Origin: a virus
Taxonomy: Duplodnaviria; Caudoviricetes
Length of the DNA stretch: 34,687 nt
IMG/VR virus record: IMGVR_UViG_3300032373_000069
Span: 1 to 34,687 of that record
Strand: one strand, 5' to 3'
This document shows positions 10,437 to 18,076 of this stretch, piece after piece. The translations under genes and the position numbers were made by a program. The notes under the pieces are model-generated. The model was not told the DNA's origin, did no database searches, and worked only from the letters and a program-made list of their open reading frames with translations. Within the stretch, counting starts at the first letter, position 1, and each line of letters begins with the position of its first letter.

Positions 10437-10610
10437 CTATCCTCCCCAACCTTTATATATTACACCGTAGTCGACTTGACAGGATAAAAACTTTACATCT
10501 TTTAATAGTTTGTCCATGTTTCTACGTTCCTGTCTTTGCTTTTTCTCCATCGCGATCATCCTTGCATTAAATAGCTTAAAGTGATCATCGTTTGTCATAT
10601 CATACACCAT
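10437..10610 (-). CDS. Hypothetical protein (start uncertain)
   Basis: Short ORF filling the gap between the GapR-like gene and the next ORF. Confidence 0.4.
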   Translation of the reverse strand: MVYDMTNDDHFKLFNARMIAMEKKQRQERRNMDKLLKDVKFLSCQVDYGVIYKGWGG

Positions 10611-10854
10611 GAATACGCTCCCAATAAAGGTCGAACATACTGATCTGCTCTGAGCGCTCGTTGGCATCCATTGCTCGTTCTTTAATCACCTGCTTGATGG
10701 TTTTCGAGCAATACCCAGCGCTATTTGCTTCTGAGTATACTTCTTTGATGTCGGCCCTGAGTGCGTCTGCTTCTTCGTTGAGCCGTTCAATACGCTCTAC
10801 GATTGTTCTAAGCCTATCGTCGGCTGCTGTGCTGTTTACTAATTCCATTTTCAT
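10600..10854 (-). CDS. gapR: GapR / DUF2312 (UPF0335) nucleoid-associated DNA-binding protein
   Basis: LRTIVERIERLNEE...DIKEVYSEA.S.GY..KTIKQVI..R.MD..ER.EQ....DLY matches the GapR consensus. Confidence 0.9.
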   Translation of the reverse strand: MKMELVNSTAADDRLRTIVERIERLNEEADALRADIKEVYSEANSAGYCSKTIKQVIKERAMDANERSEQISMFDLYWERIHGV

Positions 10855-10895
10855 TCTCCCTAGTTAAATATAGATTGCTTTACTGTTTCGGTCAA

Positions 10896-11093
10896 TCATT
10901 GCTCCAGCGCTCTGCGAAGCCCGTCCGACAATTCCTCAACGAAAGTGCTTATCTGGCTGTCTGGTTCTTTCCTGTGCGTTGATATATTACCACCTGTTGG
11001 CTTGCCGTTTATATCAGTGTCGATCTGAATATAGCACGTACCAAATTGCGTTTTGACCTTTGAAATCGTTGTTTCTGATCTTCCTTTATTCAT
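10896..11093 (-). CDS. Small TSCPD-like domain protein
   Basis: KVKTQFGTCYIQIDTDINGKP resembles the KV.TGCG..YVTVN.DE.G.P segment of the class II RNR C-terminal domain. Confidence 0.45.
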   Translation of the reverse strand: MNKGRSETTISKVKTQFGTCYIQIDTDINGKPTGGNISTHRKEPDSQISTFVEELSDGLRRALEQ

Positions 11094-11308
11094 AATAAAT
11101 CTGCCAATTCCTTTAATTTATTTAAACCAATAGATTTTGACCATTTAACAACAGTCAAATCACCATCTTTCGATATGCAAACTTCGATGCAATGCTGGCC
11201 CCTGCGAAAATATATTAAATCTGTTGCCTTCAACTCTGACTCTTTCTGCCTCCTAGCCACGCATTGGCAAGGATATACGCCGCAAGCTGTGCAAGCTGTT
11301 AGTGTCAT
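11090..11308 (-). CDS. Hypothetical protein with N-terminal CxxC-x4-CxC motif
   Basis: CTACGVYPCQC; AAAGGG RBS upstream. Confidence 0.55.
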   Translation of the reverse strand: MTLTACTACGVYPCQCVARRQKESELKATDLIYFRRGQHCIEVCISKDGDLTVVKWSKSIGLNKLKELADLL

Positions 11309-11335
11309 TGCGCTGCCCTTTCTGTTTGTTTGTTG

Positions 11336-12655
11336 TTAATCATGGCACCCGCCAAAGCCTGTATCGCAGTATGTATCGTTTTCTTCATCGAACACCCAAT
11401 CAGATTGGGCTGTGGCGTGGGCGATTAACTTTGCCCATGTCATGGACTTGTCTGGGTTTCTGAAATGCCTTCCGGTTGATTCAATGTCTGCCCACCACTT
11501 TGCCCTGTCTGGATGATATTTAGCAAGGAAAGCCCTTGATTTTTCCCCCTTTAAGAAGCATCCGTCACAGTTTGATAGGGATGAATGAACATTTAAGTCA
11601 AAATCGTTCTCTGACCACCACACACCTATATCTTGCTCAATAATTCCTGCCGTGTGCAATGGTGTAAATGTTTCCCAAATGTCATCATCCTTTAAATTGT
11701 TAACCCGTCGATTTTCATCTGCACGAAACCCAACGACAGCGGCCCACTCAGTATAGCCGCTGCGGATCATATATTCCTTGGCTGGCAATACTTTGAGGTC
11801 AGAGGTGCAGAACCTTGCCATGCTGTTTGGCGCAAATTTGCGTTCCTCTATAAGCGCACTAAATGGCTCGCCGCTGCGTGACGCGGTTTTGTAATCTACA
11901 ACCTTGAATGGGGTAGGTGCTGCTGGTGCGGTTTCTACGTTTGCGCCAGTGGCTTTAAACAAAAGTTTGTCTATTTTCTCCACCTTCCCAAAATACTCAG
12001 ATGCAATAGATATCAGCTTTGATATATCTTTAGCGTTCCCATCCCAAGCACCATACCGTGGCTCTTTTGGCAAATTAAATATTGCTACACCCCCGCAAGC
12101 TAAAGAAATTTGCATAAGTGTTTCCCGTAATGTTTTTTCGTCTGGCATCACGTTAAGAACATTAGAAGCCATGACAACAGGATATTTTCTATCCAGTGCG
12201 TTTATGTCGTGCAAGCCGGGGACAATGTTACGCCCTATCTCATAAGGCGTTGCTGATATACCTTGATCTAATAGCACCTTTGAGTGCATAGCAAACTTGC
12301 CAGCACCGAAGTCCAGAACCGGACCCTGCAAGTTTGCTGCGACATATCTTGGTACTATAGCTTTTGCACCGATAGCCTTTGAAGCGCGGCAGGTCTTATT
12401 GGATTTTTTCACCCATTCAGGCCACCCGAGCCTTTCAAGCCACACAATAGGGACGTTCCATTCTTCGCTGCACCGTTGCACAAAGTCCAAAGTCTCCGGC
12501 ATCTCTCTGCCAGTGTTTTGGAATAAGACATGGCAATCGTCAGGCAGCACACCATTATACCGATCTAATATCTTCTTGAGCATATACCCAGATGTTCGAC
12601 CACCGCTGAATTGTATAGCGACTGGCCCATCCGGTAATTTGTATGGATCGCTCAT
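11336..12655 (-). CDS. PAPS-reductase/DndC-like PP-loop protein with an inserted SAM-dependent methyltransferase domain (likely start 12655)
   Basis: FSGGRTS PP-loop, NTGRE, RFCT..LK, GFRADE, NCDGCFLK and a C-terminal Cys motif; internal VLDFGAG...SNVLNV domain. Confidence 0.85.
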   Translation of the reverse strand: MSDPYKLPDGPVAIQFSGGRTSGYMLKKILDRYNGVLPDDCHVLFQNTGREMPETLDFVQRCSEEWNVPIVWLERLGWPEWVKKSNKTCRASKAIGAKAIVPRYVAANLQGPVLDFGAGKFAMHSKVLLDQGISATPYEIGRNIVPGLHDINALDRKYPVVMASNVLNVMPDEKTLRETLMQISLACGGVAIFNLPKEPRYGAWDGNAKDISKLISIASEYFGKVEKIDKLLFKATGANVETAPAAPTPFKVVDYKTASRSGEPFSALIEERKFAPNSMARFCTSDLKVLPAKEYMIRSGYTEWAAVVGFRADENRRVNNLKDDDIWETFTPLHTAGIIEQDIGVWWSENDFDLNVHSSLSNCDGCFLKGEKSRAFLAKYHPDRAKWWADIESTGRHFRNPDKSMTWAKLIAHATAQSDWVFDEENDTYCDTGFGGCHD

Positions 12656-13086
12656 TGTGCTGCCCTTTCGATTGCATCCCGAAGCATCATTCTTCGTCTG
12701 CCCCATACTTCCAAATTTTCATATAACTCAGCCCAAGTTGGGAAAAACTTACTCGACCTGCGTATTGTCATCAGAACGTATTCAACGACATCTGCCGGGT
12801 ATTCTTCCAAGTCCTCAACGTAGATTGCTATTATAGCAGCCTTATCCATGTCGTCCATGTTTCGCATCGGCATAGTTAAAATCATTTTCTGAACCAGCCT
12901 TGCGATGGCCTTCTTGGGCAGTGGCTCACAAGCTGCTACCGCCTCGTCCAAATGCGTCAGGTCAACATTAGCAATATCAAATCCCACAACATCGTTCGTG
13001 TCACTCCCAGCCCAAACGGGTTGCAACCTCATCCCCGATTTCAAAGATGCTTCGAGGCTTTTTGTTATCTCTCCCGGGGTTGTCAT
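12652..13086 (-). CDS. Putative helicase loader/inhibitor-like replication protein (start uncertain)
   Basis: YVEDLEEYPADVV......R...KFFPTWAEL motif; directly downstream of the initiator, in the lambda P position. Confidence 0.55.
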   Translation of the reverse strand: MTTPGEITKSLEASLKSGMRLQPVWAGSDTNDVVGFDIANVDLTHLDEAVAACEPLPKKAIARLVQKMILTMPMRNMDDMDKAAIIAIYVEDLEEYPADVVEYVLMTIRRSSKFFPTWAELYENLEVWGRRRMMLRDAIERAAQ

Positions 13087-13783
13087 GGACGATCTGTGCG
13101 TGGTCGTCGTCATAGCATCCTTGGTTGAGCCATGTTGAAGGGTGCTTAATGAATTGCGATGATGTTCCTGCATCTTTGATCTCCTGATTGTAGGCTGTGA
13201 CACCTTGGGTTAATTGCTCGATTGTGACACCAGACTTGATGGCGCTGTTGAATGCTTTTTCTGCTGCCTTCTTGCCAATCTTACGAGGGTAAGAATCATA
13301 CCATTCATTAAAACCAGAATCTTCGACGATAGTCGGAGGTGGATAGTTAGTTACATCCGGTGTTACATCCGGTGTTACATCAGGTGTTCTAGTTTGTGCC
13401 CTTGCTGTGCCCTTGCTGTGCCCTTGCTGTGCCTTTACCTGTGCCCTATAATTATCAAAATCCTGATAAGTGTCATAATTACATATAGTTATAACCATTT
13501 GTCCTGTGCCCGTGTCTATGCCCACCATTGACGCATCTTGTAACTTGTTGAGAAACGTCCGAACCTCTTTAACACTCATACCCACAATATCAGCCATGAA
13601 CCTGAGAGACACTGTTAATTGTCCGCGCTGTATCGTTACAACCTTCCCTGATATTTCTTTGTCCCAAGGCTTCCAACGTGCCTCTGCTAAGAGCCAGCAC
13701 CATGCAGCAAACCGTTTTGGATTGTGAATACCAACGATAGGATGACAAAACATCTCCCTGCCGACTAGGAATAAACCTTTCAT
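13001..13783 (-). CDS. Replication initiator protein (lambda O position)
   Basis: N-terminal RGQL..S.R wHTH and ITICNY..YQ; C-terminal F..WY..YPRK.GKK.A.KAF...HPSTWLN; iterons in the linker. Confidence 0.85.
   Translation of the reverse strand: MKGLFLVGREMFCHPIVGIHNPKRFAAWCWLLAEARWKPWDKEISGKVVTIQRGQLTVSLRFMADIVGMSVKEVRTFLNKLQDASMVGIDTGTGQMVITICNYDTYQDFDNYRAQVKAQQGHSKGTARAQTRTPDVTPDVTPDVTNYPPPTIVEDSGFNEWYDSYPRKIGKKAAEKAFNSAIKSGVTIEQLTQGVTAYNQEIKDAGTSSQFIKHPSTWLNQGCYDDDHAQIVHDNPGRDNKKPRSIFEIGDEVATRLGWE
13350..13388. repeat. 12-bp tandem repeat GTTACATC(C/A)GGT x3
   Basis: Direct read; encodes (PDVT)3 in the initiator. Confidence 0.9.
13395..13523. promoter_or_regulatory. Putative replication origin: 11-bp iterons TGTGCCCTTGC x3, degenerate copies and an AT-rich tract
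   Basis: Perfect copies at 13395, 13406 and 13417; variants at 13428, 13440 and 13505; AT-rich 13447-13500; lies inside the initiator gene as in lambdoid origins. Confidence 0.75.
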
Positions 13784-14277
13784 TGGTCATCACCGTGGTT
13801 TGGATGGAACCCATATTTTTTATTAGCCACGGCTCTAGCTTCAACTGCGTCATTGATGTTGTCAAAGATTCCTAGATGTATACGTTCGCCGTTCACTCTG
13901 ATTGTTGATTGCCATTTACTTGTTTTTTTATGCCAACAAACACCAAGGTGGCCCGAAGTATTGTCCATCCTTATTTTCGCATTTTGTTGATTTTCTCGGC
14001 ATGTTACGCTACGAAGATTCACGATCCTATTGTCTGCTCTATCGTGGTTTATATGGTCAGTGTGATCGGCTGGAAACTCACCATGGATAAAAAGCCAAGC
14101 TAGTCTGTGAGCTAAAAATGATTCCCCGTTAAAATTTATTGATATGTATCCTTTGCTATCTACCCGACCTGCTTTTTCACCAGTAATAGCTTGAGGGGGT
14201 TTTGTAATACGCCAAGTGAAAATGCCCGTTAATGGGTCATAATCTAAGATTTCTTTTAGTTCATTTTGAGTAAGCAT
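13780..14277 (-). CDS. HNH endonuclease with C-terminal AP2 domain (free-standing homing endonuclease)
   Basis: L.YDPLTGIFTW, AHRLAW, DHINHDRADNRIVNLR, NTSGHLGV.W, IHLG.F. Confidence 0.93.
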   Translation of the reverse strand: MLTQNELKEILDYDPLTGIFTWRITKPPQAITGEKAGRVDSKGYISINFNGESFLAHRLAWLFIHGEFPADHTDHINHDRADNRIVNLRSVTCRENQQNAKIRMDNTSGHLGVCWHKKTSKWQSTIRVNGERIHLGIFDNINDAVEARAVANKKYGFHPNHGDDQ

Positions 14278-14282
14278 ATTAT

Positions 14283-14376
14283 CCTACCCCTTTCAAAGTT
14301 GGCCGGGGTGAAAATTACCCGACAGTCCGGCGAGCGATAAAGCTCAGGGTTCCCGACCAACTATGGAAAAGGTAGG
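14283..14376 (-). promoter_or_regulatory. Long RNA stem sequestering the HNH gene RBS
   Basis: 25-nt inverted arms at 14283-14307 and 14352-14376; 23 of 25 positions pair on the minus-strand transcript, counting G-U. Confidence 0.65.
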
Positions 14377-14410
14377 TCGGACAATCTATTCCGCTTTTCA
14401 CAGCGTTAGG

Positions 14411-14596
14411 TCACTCTACACTATGCTCGCGCTCAAGCAAAGCCTTTTGATATTCCAACTCGTGTTTAGTGACGCAGTAACTGCATAAGTCCAGATGCGC
14501 TGGTATCGTAAAGTCTACATCGTCTATGGCGTATGTAATGACGCGGGCTGGCATCATCACAACTCCGGAGCCTTGGCATACTTTACACATGACCAA
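14411..14596 (-). CDS. Small zinc-finger protein
   Basis: CKVCQGSG ... CSYC. Confidence 0.6.
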   Translation of the reverse strand: MVMCKVCQGSGVVMMPARVITYAIDDVDFTIPAHLDLCSYCVTKHELEYQKALLEREHSVE

Positions 14597-14735
14597 CCTC
14601 CATCTTGAGCATCTTTGTCATTGCCTGTTTGACTGCTCGCTCATGCCCTCGCTTGTATCCCGGAGTTGATTTTGCGTAGAGTTTCACTGCGTCAGCGTGT
14701 TCGATAATTGCTATTCGCTTGGCTGTAAGATACAT
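14583..14735 (-). CDS. Hypothetical 50-aa protein (MYLTAKRIAII...)
   Basis: Manually translated; fills the gap between VRR-NUC and the Zn-finger gene; GAAGGG RBS. Confidence 0.5.
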   Translation of the reverse strand: MYLTAKRIAIIEHADAVKLYAKSTPGYKRGHERAVKQAMTKMLKMEVGHV

Positions 14736-15076
14736 TTAATTATCCCTTCATCAGTAAGAATTTCAATTATGTCGTCGATAGATCGTGCGGTGTAAACTGC
14801 ACCGCCAGCCGCGTCGATATCCATATGCAGCGACTTCTGCACTTTGGATAAGTAGCCACCTTCTTTCTTTACCTCGATCCATATTGTCTTGCCTTTGTGT
14901 AATATCAGAATGTCTGGCACTCCTGCCTTCATCCCCATTGCCATTGAGTTGGCGGCTGCGACGATGCTCTTGCCGGGGATTGGGTTAATCGCTGTCCAGA
15001 ACGCATCGACAGGCAACACCACGTCGAGGTACTTTGCGATGCTGCGCTGTATTTGGTTCTCTGTCAGCTTAGACAT
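14711..15076 (-). CDS. VRR-NUC domain nuclease (putative Holliday junction resolvase; likely start 15076)
   Basis: E..IQ..I, G...GVPDI, WIEVK, LS..Q PD-(D/E)xK motifs. Confidence 0.88.
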   Translation of the reverse strand: MSKLTENQIQRSIAKYLDVVLPVDAFWTAINPIPGKSIVAAANSMAMGMKAGVPDILILHKGKTIWIEVKKEGGYLSKVQKSLHMDIDAAGGAVYTARSIDDIIEILTDEGIIKCILQPSE

Positions 15077-15266
15077 TGAAGAAGTCCTGCAACGTTGGCT
15101 CAACGCCCTGTGAGCGAGCCAGTTTGACGATTGCAGGGACATAGCGGTTTGGGATGCCGCCTCTTCGCCACTTGCTGATATGCGGCTCTGCGATGCCGAT
15201 GGCCTTAGCAATATCGCGAGTTCGTCCGAGTCGGTTGAGTAGTTCATTATGTTTGTGCATTTTCAT
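15069..15266 (-). CDS. Cro-like HTH transcriptional regulator
   Basis: 65 aa; LG....IAKAIGIAEPHISKWRRGGIP; first gene of the leftward operon. Confidence 0.8.
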   Translation of the reverse strand: MKMHKHNELLNRLGRTRDIAKAIGIAEPHISKWRRGGIPNRYVPAIVKLARSQGVEPTLQDFFNV

Positions 15267-15284
15267 TTCCTTTGATTAAAGATA

Positions 15285-15318
15285 TTTACCGTATACGTTA
15301 AAAGTAATTAGGTGTAAA
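15285..15318 (-). promoter_or_regulatory. Leftward promoter (TTTACA-17-TATACG) overlapped by an 18-bp near-palindromic operator
   Basis: TTTACCGTATACGTTAAA at 15285-15302 has one mismatch between arms and covers the -10. Confidence 0.55.
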
Positions 15319-15331
15319 CATAAATAATTAT

Positions 15332-15414
15332 AAAATAATGCAAATTAGTGCTTGTATAAGTTACCGGATAGTATAAACTCTAATCATCAAAACAACGCAA
15401 CAAGGAACAAACAA
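15332..15414 (+). promoter_or_regulatory. Early promoter/leader cassette, copy 1
   Basis: AAAATAATGCAAATTAG, TTGTAT-16-TAAACT, then CTAATCATCAAAACAACGCAAC. Confidence 0.65.
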
Positions 15415-15606
15415 ATGACACTCGCAGAAGCAAAAAAAATAGCAAAAGAACATGACCAATATATCGGGAAGCTAACAGCAGAAAAAGACAGCCAAGGCGA
15501 ATACAATGTCTACAATGATGGTATGTACATCAGTTCAAGCTATAGCGCGAATGCGACAGAAGCCAAAATCGGCGCAGTCCTATACGTGTGTGGAATAAAT
15601 TATTAA
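15415..15606 (+). CDS. Hypothetical early protein
   Basis: AAGGA RBS before ATG 15415. Confidence 0.65.
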   Translation: MTLAEAKKIAKEHDQYIGKLTAEKDSQGEYNVYNDGMYISSSYSANATEAKIGAVLYVCGINY

Positions 15607-15612
15607 CAAACC

Positions 15613-15628
15613 GGGGGCTTCGGCCCCC
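15613..15628 (+). terminator. GC-rich UUCG hairpin (terminator or stabiliser)
   Basis: GGGGGC-TTCG-GCCCCC right after the stop codon; weak U-tract. Confidence 0.5.
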
Positions 15629-15652
15629 TCACTTCCCCCCGCAATTTATTTC

Positions 15653-15734
15653 AAAATAATGCAAATTAGGTGTTGATTAAGTTTGAACGATCAAGTAATA
15701 TCTAATCATCAACAACGCAAACGGAGTTACTCAC
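15653..15734 (+). promoter_or_regulatory. Early promoter/leader cassette, copy 2
   Basis: AAAATAATGCAAATTAG, TTGATT-17-TAATAT, CTAATCATCAACAACGCAAACGGAG. Confidence 0.7.
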
Positions 15735-16028
15735 ATGAACAACGAAATCAACAGCCCAGAAGTTCCAGCCGCAATGCAGACAGAAGCATGGGCAAACATG
15801 TTTGATGCGATTGAAGCTGAGATGGCAGTTAAGCACCCAGTACAGAAAGCTCGCTACGACGACGGCGAACTCATCGACAACGAGTTCACATACCGTGGCG
15901 TAACATTCCGTAAATCAGATAGCGTTGGCCAAGGCTACCACGGTCATTATTCAATAGGTGGCTATCACAATGGCGTATCATTCACAAAGCGCAGCGAAGT
16001 ACTAGCCCACATCGACGCGCAATTCTAA
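15735..16028 (+). CDS. Hypothetical early protein
   Basis: 97 aa, GGAG RBS. Confidence 0.7.
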   Translation: MNNEINSPEVPAAMQTEAWANMFDAIEAEMAVKHPVQKARYDDGELIDNEFTYRGVTFRKSDSVGQGYHGHYSIGGYHNGVSFTKRSEVLAHIDAQF

Positions 16029-16035
16029 TCAACAA

Positions 16036-16055
16036 GCCGGGGCTTCGGTCCCGGC
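16036..16055 (+). terminator. UUCG hairpin between early genes
   Basis: GCCGGGGC-TTCG-GTCCCGGC. Confidence 0.5.
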
Positions 16056-16080
16056 ACCCTTTCAACGAAGGAGAAACAAA

Positions 16081-16293
16081 ATGAACGCATCAATTAAAAA
16101 TATCCTCGACCGCAAAGCAAAGCCGCAGCGCTGGGACATTGTTTCAGCAGTCCATGAAACAAATGAAATCTGCCAATCTTGCGAGTGGCGGGGGTATGAA
16201 GACGAGTGCCGATTGCTTGAAGGTACTGGCCCGAGTGTAGCTGGGTTCTGTCCCGGTTATGAAGATCAACTTGAAATGGAGGACGACGAATGA
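16081..16293 (+). CDS. Hypothetical Cys-containing protein
   Basis: 70 aa, CQSC..C..C; AAGGAG RBS. Confidence 0.65.
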   Translation: MNASIKNILDRKAKPQRWDIVSAVHETNEICQSCEWRGYEDECRLLEGTGPSVAGFCPGYEDQLEMEDDE

Positions 16294-16883
16294 CTGACAT
16301 GAAAAAGATGAACATCAACGAAGCATTTTGCGCCGCTCAATCTGAGATAGGCGTTGCGCGAAAGAACACCAATAACCCATTCTTCAACAGTAAATACGCT
16401 GACCTGAAAGAATGCTTCAACGCTTGCAGTGACGCTCTCAACAGGCATGGCATCCACATCAGCCAGCCGACTATGCTGGAAGGCGACCTGTTTGTTATCC
16501 GCACCATCCTGACCCACACAAGCGGGGAAACGATGCAGGACTTTGGTGTTCCTATCGTCGGATGGAAAGAAGCCAAGAACCCAGCCCAAGCATTCGGTTC
16601 GGGGCAGACGTATGCTCGTCGGTACGGTTTATGCGGCATGGTCGGAATCGCGCCAGCAGATGACGACGCTCAGAGCTTGACCAAAGACAAGCCGCAGCCT
16701 GAGAAGTTAATCTCACCTGAGAACGCTAAAATCATCAACGACTTGATTGAGCGCAAGGGGGCAAACGCCGAGGCTTTTATGAAATACTTCGGAGTCTCGA
16801 CGGTCTCCGAATTGCCTCAATCGAAATACGCTCAAGCAAAAGACGCGCTTGAGAAGAAGCAAGATGTTGGCGGTACTGAATAA
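16290..16883 (+). CDS. erf: ERF-family single-strand annealing recombinase
   Basis: NPFFNSKYADL, T.L.H.SGE, Q..GS..TYARRY.L...GIA..DDDA. Confidence 0.92.
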   Translation: MTDMKKMNINEAFCAAQSEIGVARKNTNNPFFNSKYADLKECFNACSDALNRHGIHISQPTMLEGDLFVIRTILTHTSGETMQDFGVPIVGWKEAKNPAQAFGSGQTYARRYGLCGMVGIAPADDDAQSLTKDKPQPEKLISPENAKIINDLIERKGANAEAFMKYFGVSTVSELPQSKYAQAKDALEKKQDVGGTE

Positions 16884-17518
16884 TGATTGTCCACGATGTT
16901 GAGCAAGGGACTGACGCTTGGTTTGAATTGCGGCTGGGCGTTCCGACAGCATCAGACTTTGGGAAAGTTATAACCCCAAAAAAAGGGGAACTTTCAACGC
17001 AAGGCGTATCGTATGCTTCAAAGCTGGCGCTTGAGTTGTTCAGAGGTGAGTCTATGAATGACTTCGAAGGGAATGAATATACAGAACATGGCAAAGAGCA
17101 TGAGGACGCGGCCATCGCTGGATATGAGTTTACAAATGATGTTCTTGTCCAGCGGGTCGGTTTTATAACTGATGAGAAAGGCAGGGGATGCTCTCCCGAT
17201 GGGCTAGTTGGTGACGATGGCATGGTTGAGGTGAAGTGCTTGAAAGACGTGAACCACGTTTCTGAGGCTATAAAATACCTGTTAAAGAACGAATTTGACC
17301 CTAAGTATATACCTCAAACTCAGGGTCAAATGATGATTGCAAAAAGGAAATGGTGCGACTTAGTATTCCATGCGCCAAATTGCCCGCAGCATATTGTTAG
17401 GCAATACCCAGACGACAAATATCAAGAGACAATGGACAAGGCTTTAGACTCTGTTTTGGAAATGAGAGACTTTGCTTTGTCTTGGTTGAAATGTGAAAAC
17501 AAGGAAATTGAAAAATGA
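16883..17518 (+). CDS. YqaJ/lambda-exonuclease family protein
   Basis: QGT..W...RLG.PTAS, G...E, GCSPDGL, EVKC, Y..Q.QGQM. Confidence 0.92.
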   Translation: MIVHDVEQGTDAWFELRLGVPTASDFGKVITPKKGELSTQGVSYASKLALELFRGESMNDFEGNEYTEHGKEHEDAAIAGYEFTNDVLVQRVGFITDEKGRGCSPDGLVGDDGMVEVKCLKDVNHVSEAIKYLLKNEFDPKYIPQTQGQMMIAKRKWCDLVFHAPNCPQHIVRQYPDDKYQETMDKALDSVLEMRDFALSWLKCENKEIEK

Positions 17519-17946
17519 GTGGTTCAGTAAATAAAGTAATTCTCGTCGGTAATGTTGGGCGCGACCCAGAAATCCGGTTCACGCAGTCAGGTGGCAAGAT
17601 CGCTAATCTATCCATCGCAACGTCTGAGACATGGAAGGACAAGCAAACGGGCGAACGCAAGGAAAAGACAGAATGGCATCGTGTTGTCGTCTTTGATGAA
17701 CGTCTTGCTGATATCGTTGAGAAGTACATCAAGAAAGGCTCAAAGCTATATCTTGAAGGCTCACTACAAACCCGTAAGTGGACAGGCAATGATGGTGTTG
17801 AGAAATACACGACTGAGGTTGTCTTGCAGCGCTTCTCTGGTGTACTGACTATGCTGGATGGTGCTAATGGTGGGCCTATTGAGGGTAGCCAGAAGGACAA
17901 GGAGCCGCAGGGCAATGACGATCTAGACGATATGGTGCCTTTTTGA
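17515..17946 (+). CDS. ssb: Single-stranded DNA-binding protein (alphaproteobacterial type)
   Basis: SVNKVILVGNVGRDPE...ATSETWKDK.TGERKEKTEWHRVV...acidic DDMVPF tail. Confidence 0.97.
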   Translation: MSGSVNKVILVGNVGRDPEIRFTQSGGKIANLSIATSETWKDKQTGERKEKTEWHRVVVFDERLADIVEKYIKKGSKLYLEGSLQTRKWTGNDGVEKYTTEVVLQRFSGVLTMLDGANGGPIEGSQKDKEPQGNDDLDDMVPF

Positions 17947-18076
17947 TGTAACAGAATTGGCATGGGTTGACGAAGCGAAAGCCCGTCAGTGGGCCTCTCC
18001 CCCACGTTGAACCCTAACCCGCCCGCTGCCGGGGACGGGATAATATCCCCGGCATCTTTTCAACGAAGGCAGGGAA

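Noticed and set aside
11912-12430. Insert as an intein or intron
   Set aside because: No N-terminal Cys/Ser plus C-terminal His-Asn splice motifs and no LAGLIDADG; the frame is open and shows methyltransferase motifs.
11305-12670. Shared GAAAGGGCAGC(G/A)CAATG upstream of two genes (near 11308 and 12655)
   Set aside because: Short and explained by a shared RBS/start context; too little evidence for a separate element.
13350-13446. Tandem repeats as a mini-CRISPR array
   Set aside because: Units are 11-12 bp with no spacers, lie within a CDS, and there are no cas genes.
15270-15330. CtrA boxes (TTAA-N7-TTAA)
   Set aside because: Half-sites are spaced by 6 nt and are imperfect.
17397-18005. 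Long antisense ORFs (e.g. 17397-18005, 12297-12836, 16777-17223)
   Set aside because: They are shadows of well-supported genes on the opposite strand and have no recognisable motifs.
17947-18076. tRNA or known self-cleaving ribozyme (also considered for 19336-19523)
   Set aside because: No cloverleaf with a TTC T-loop; hammerhead and pistol core motifs are not matched by eye.
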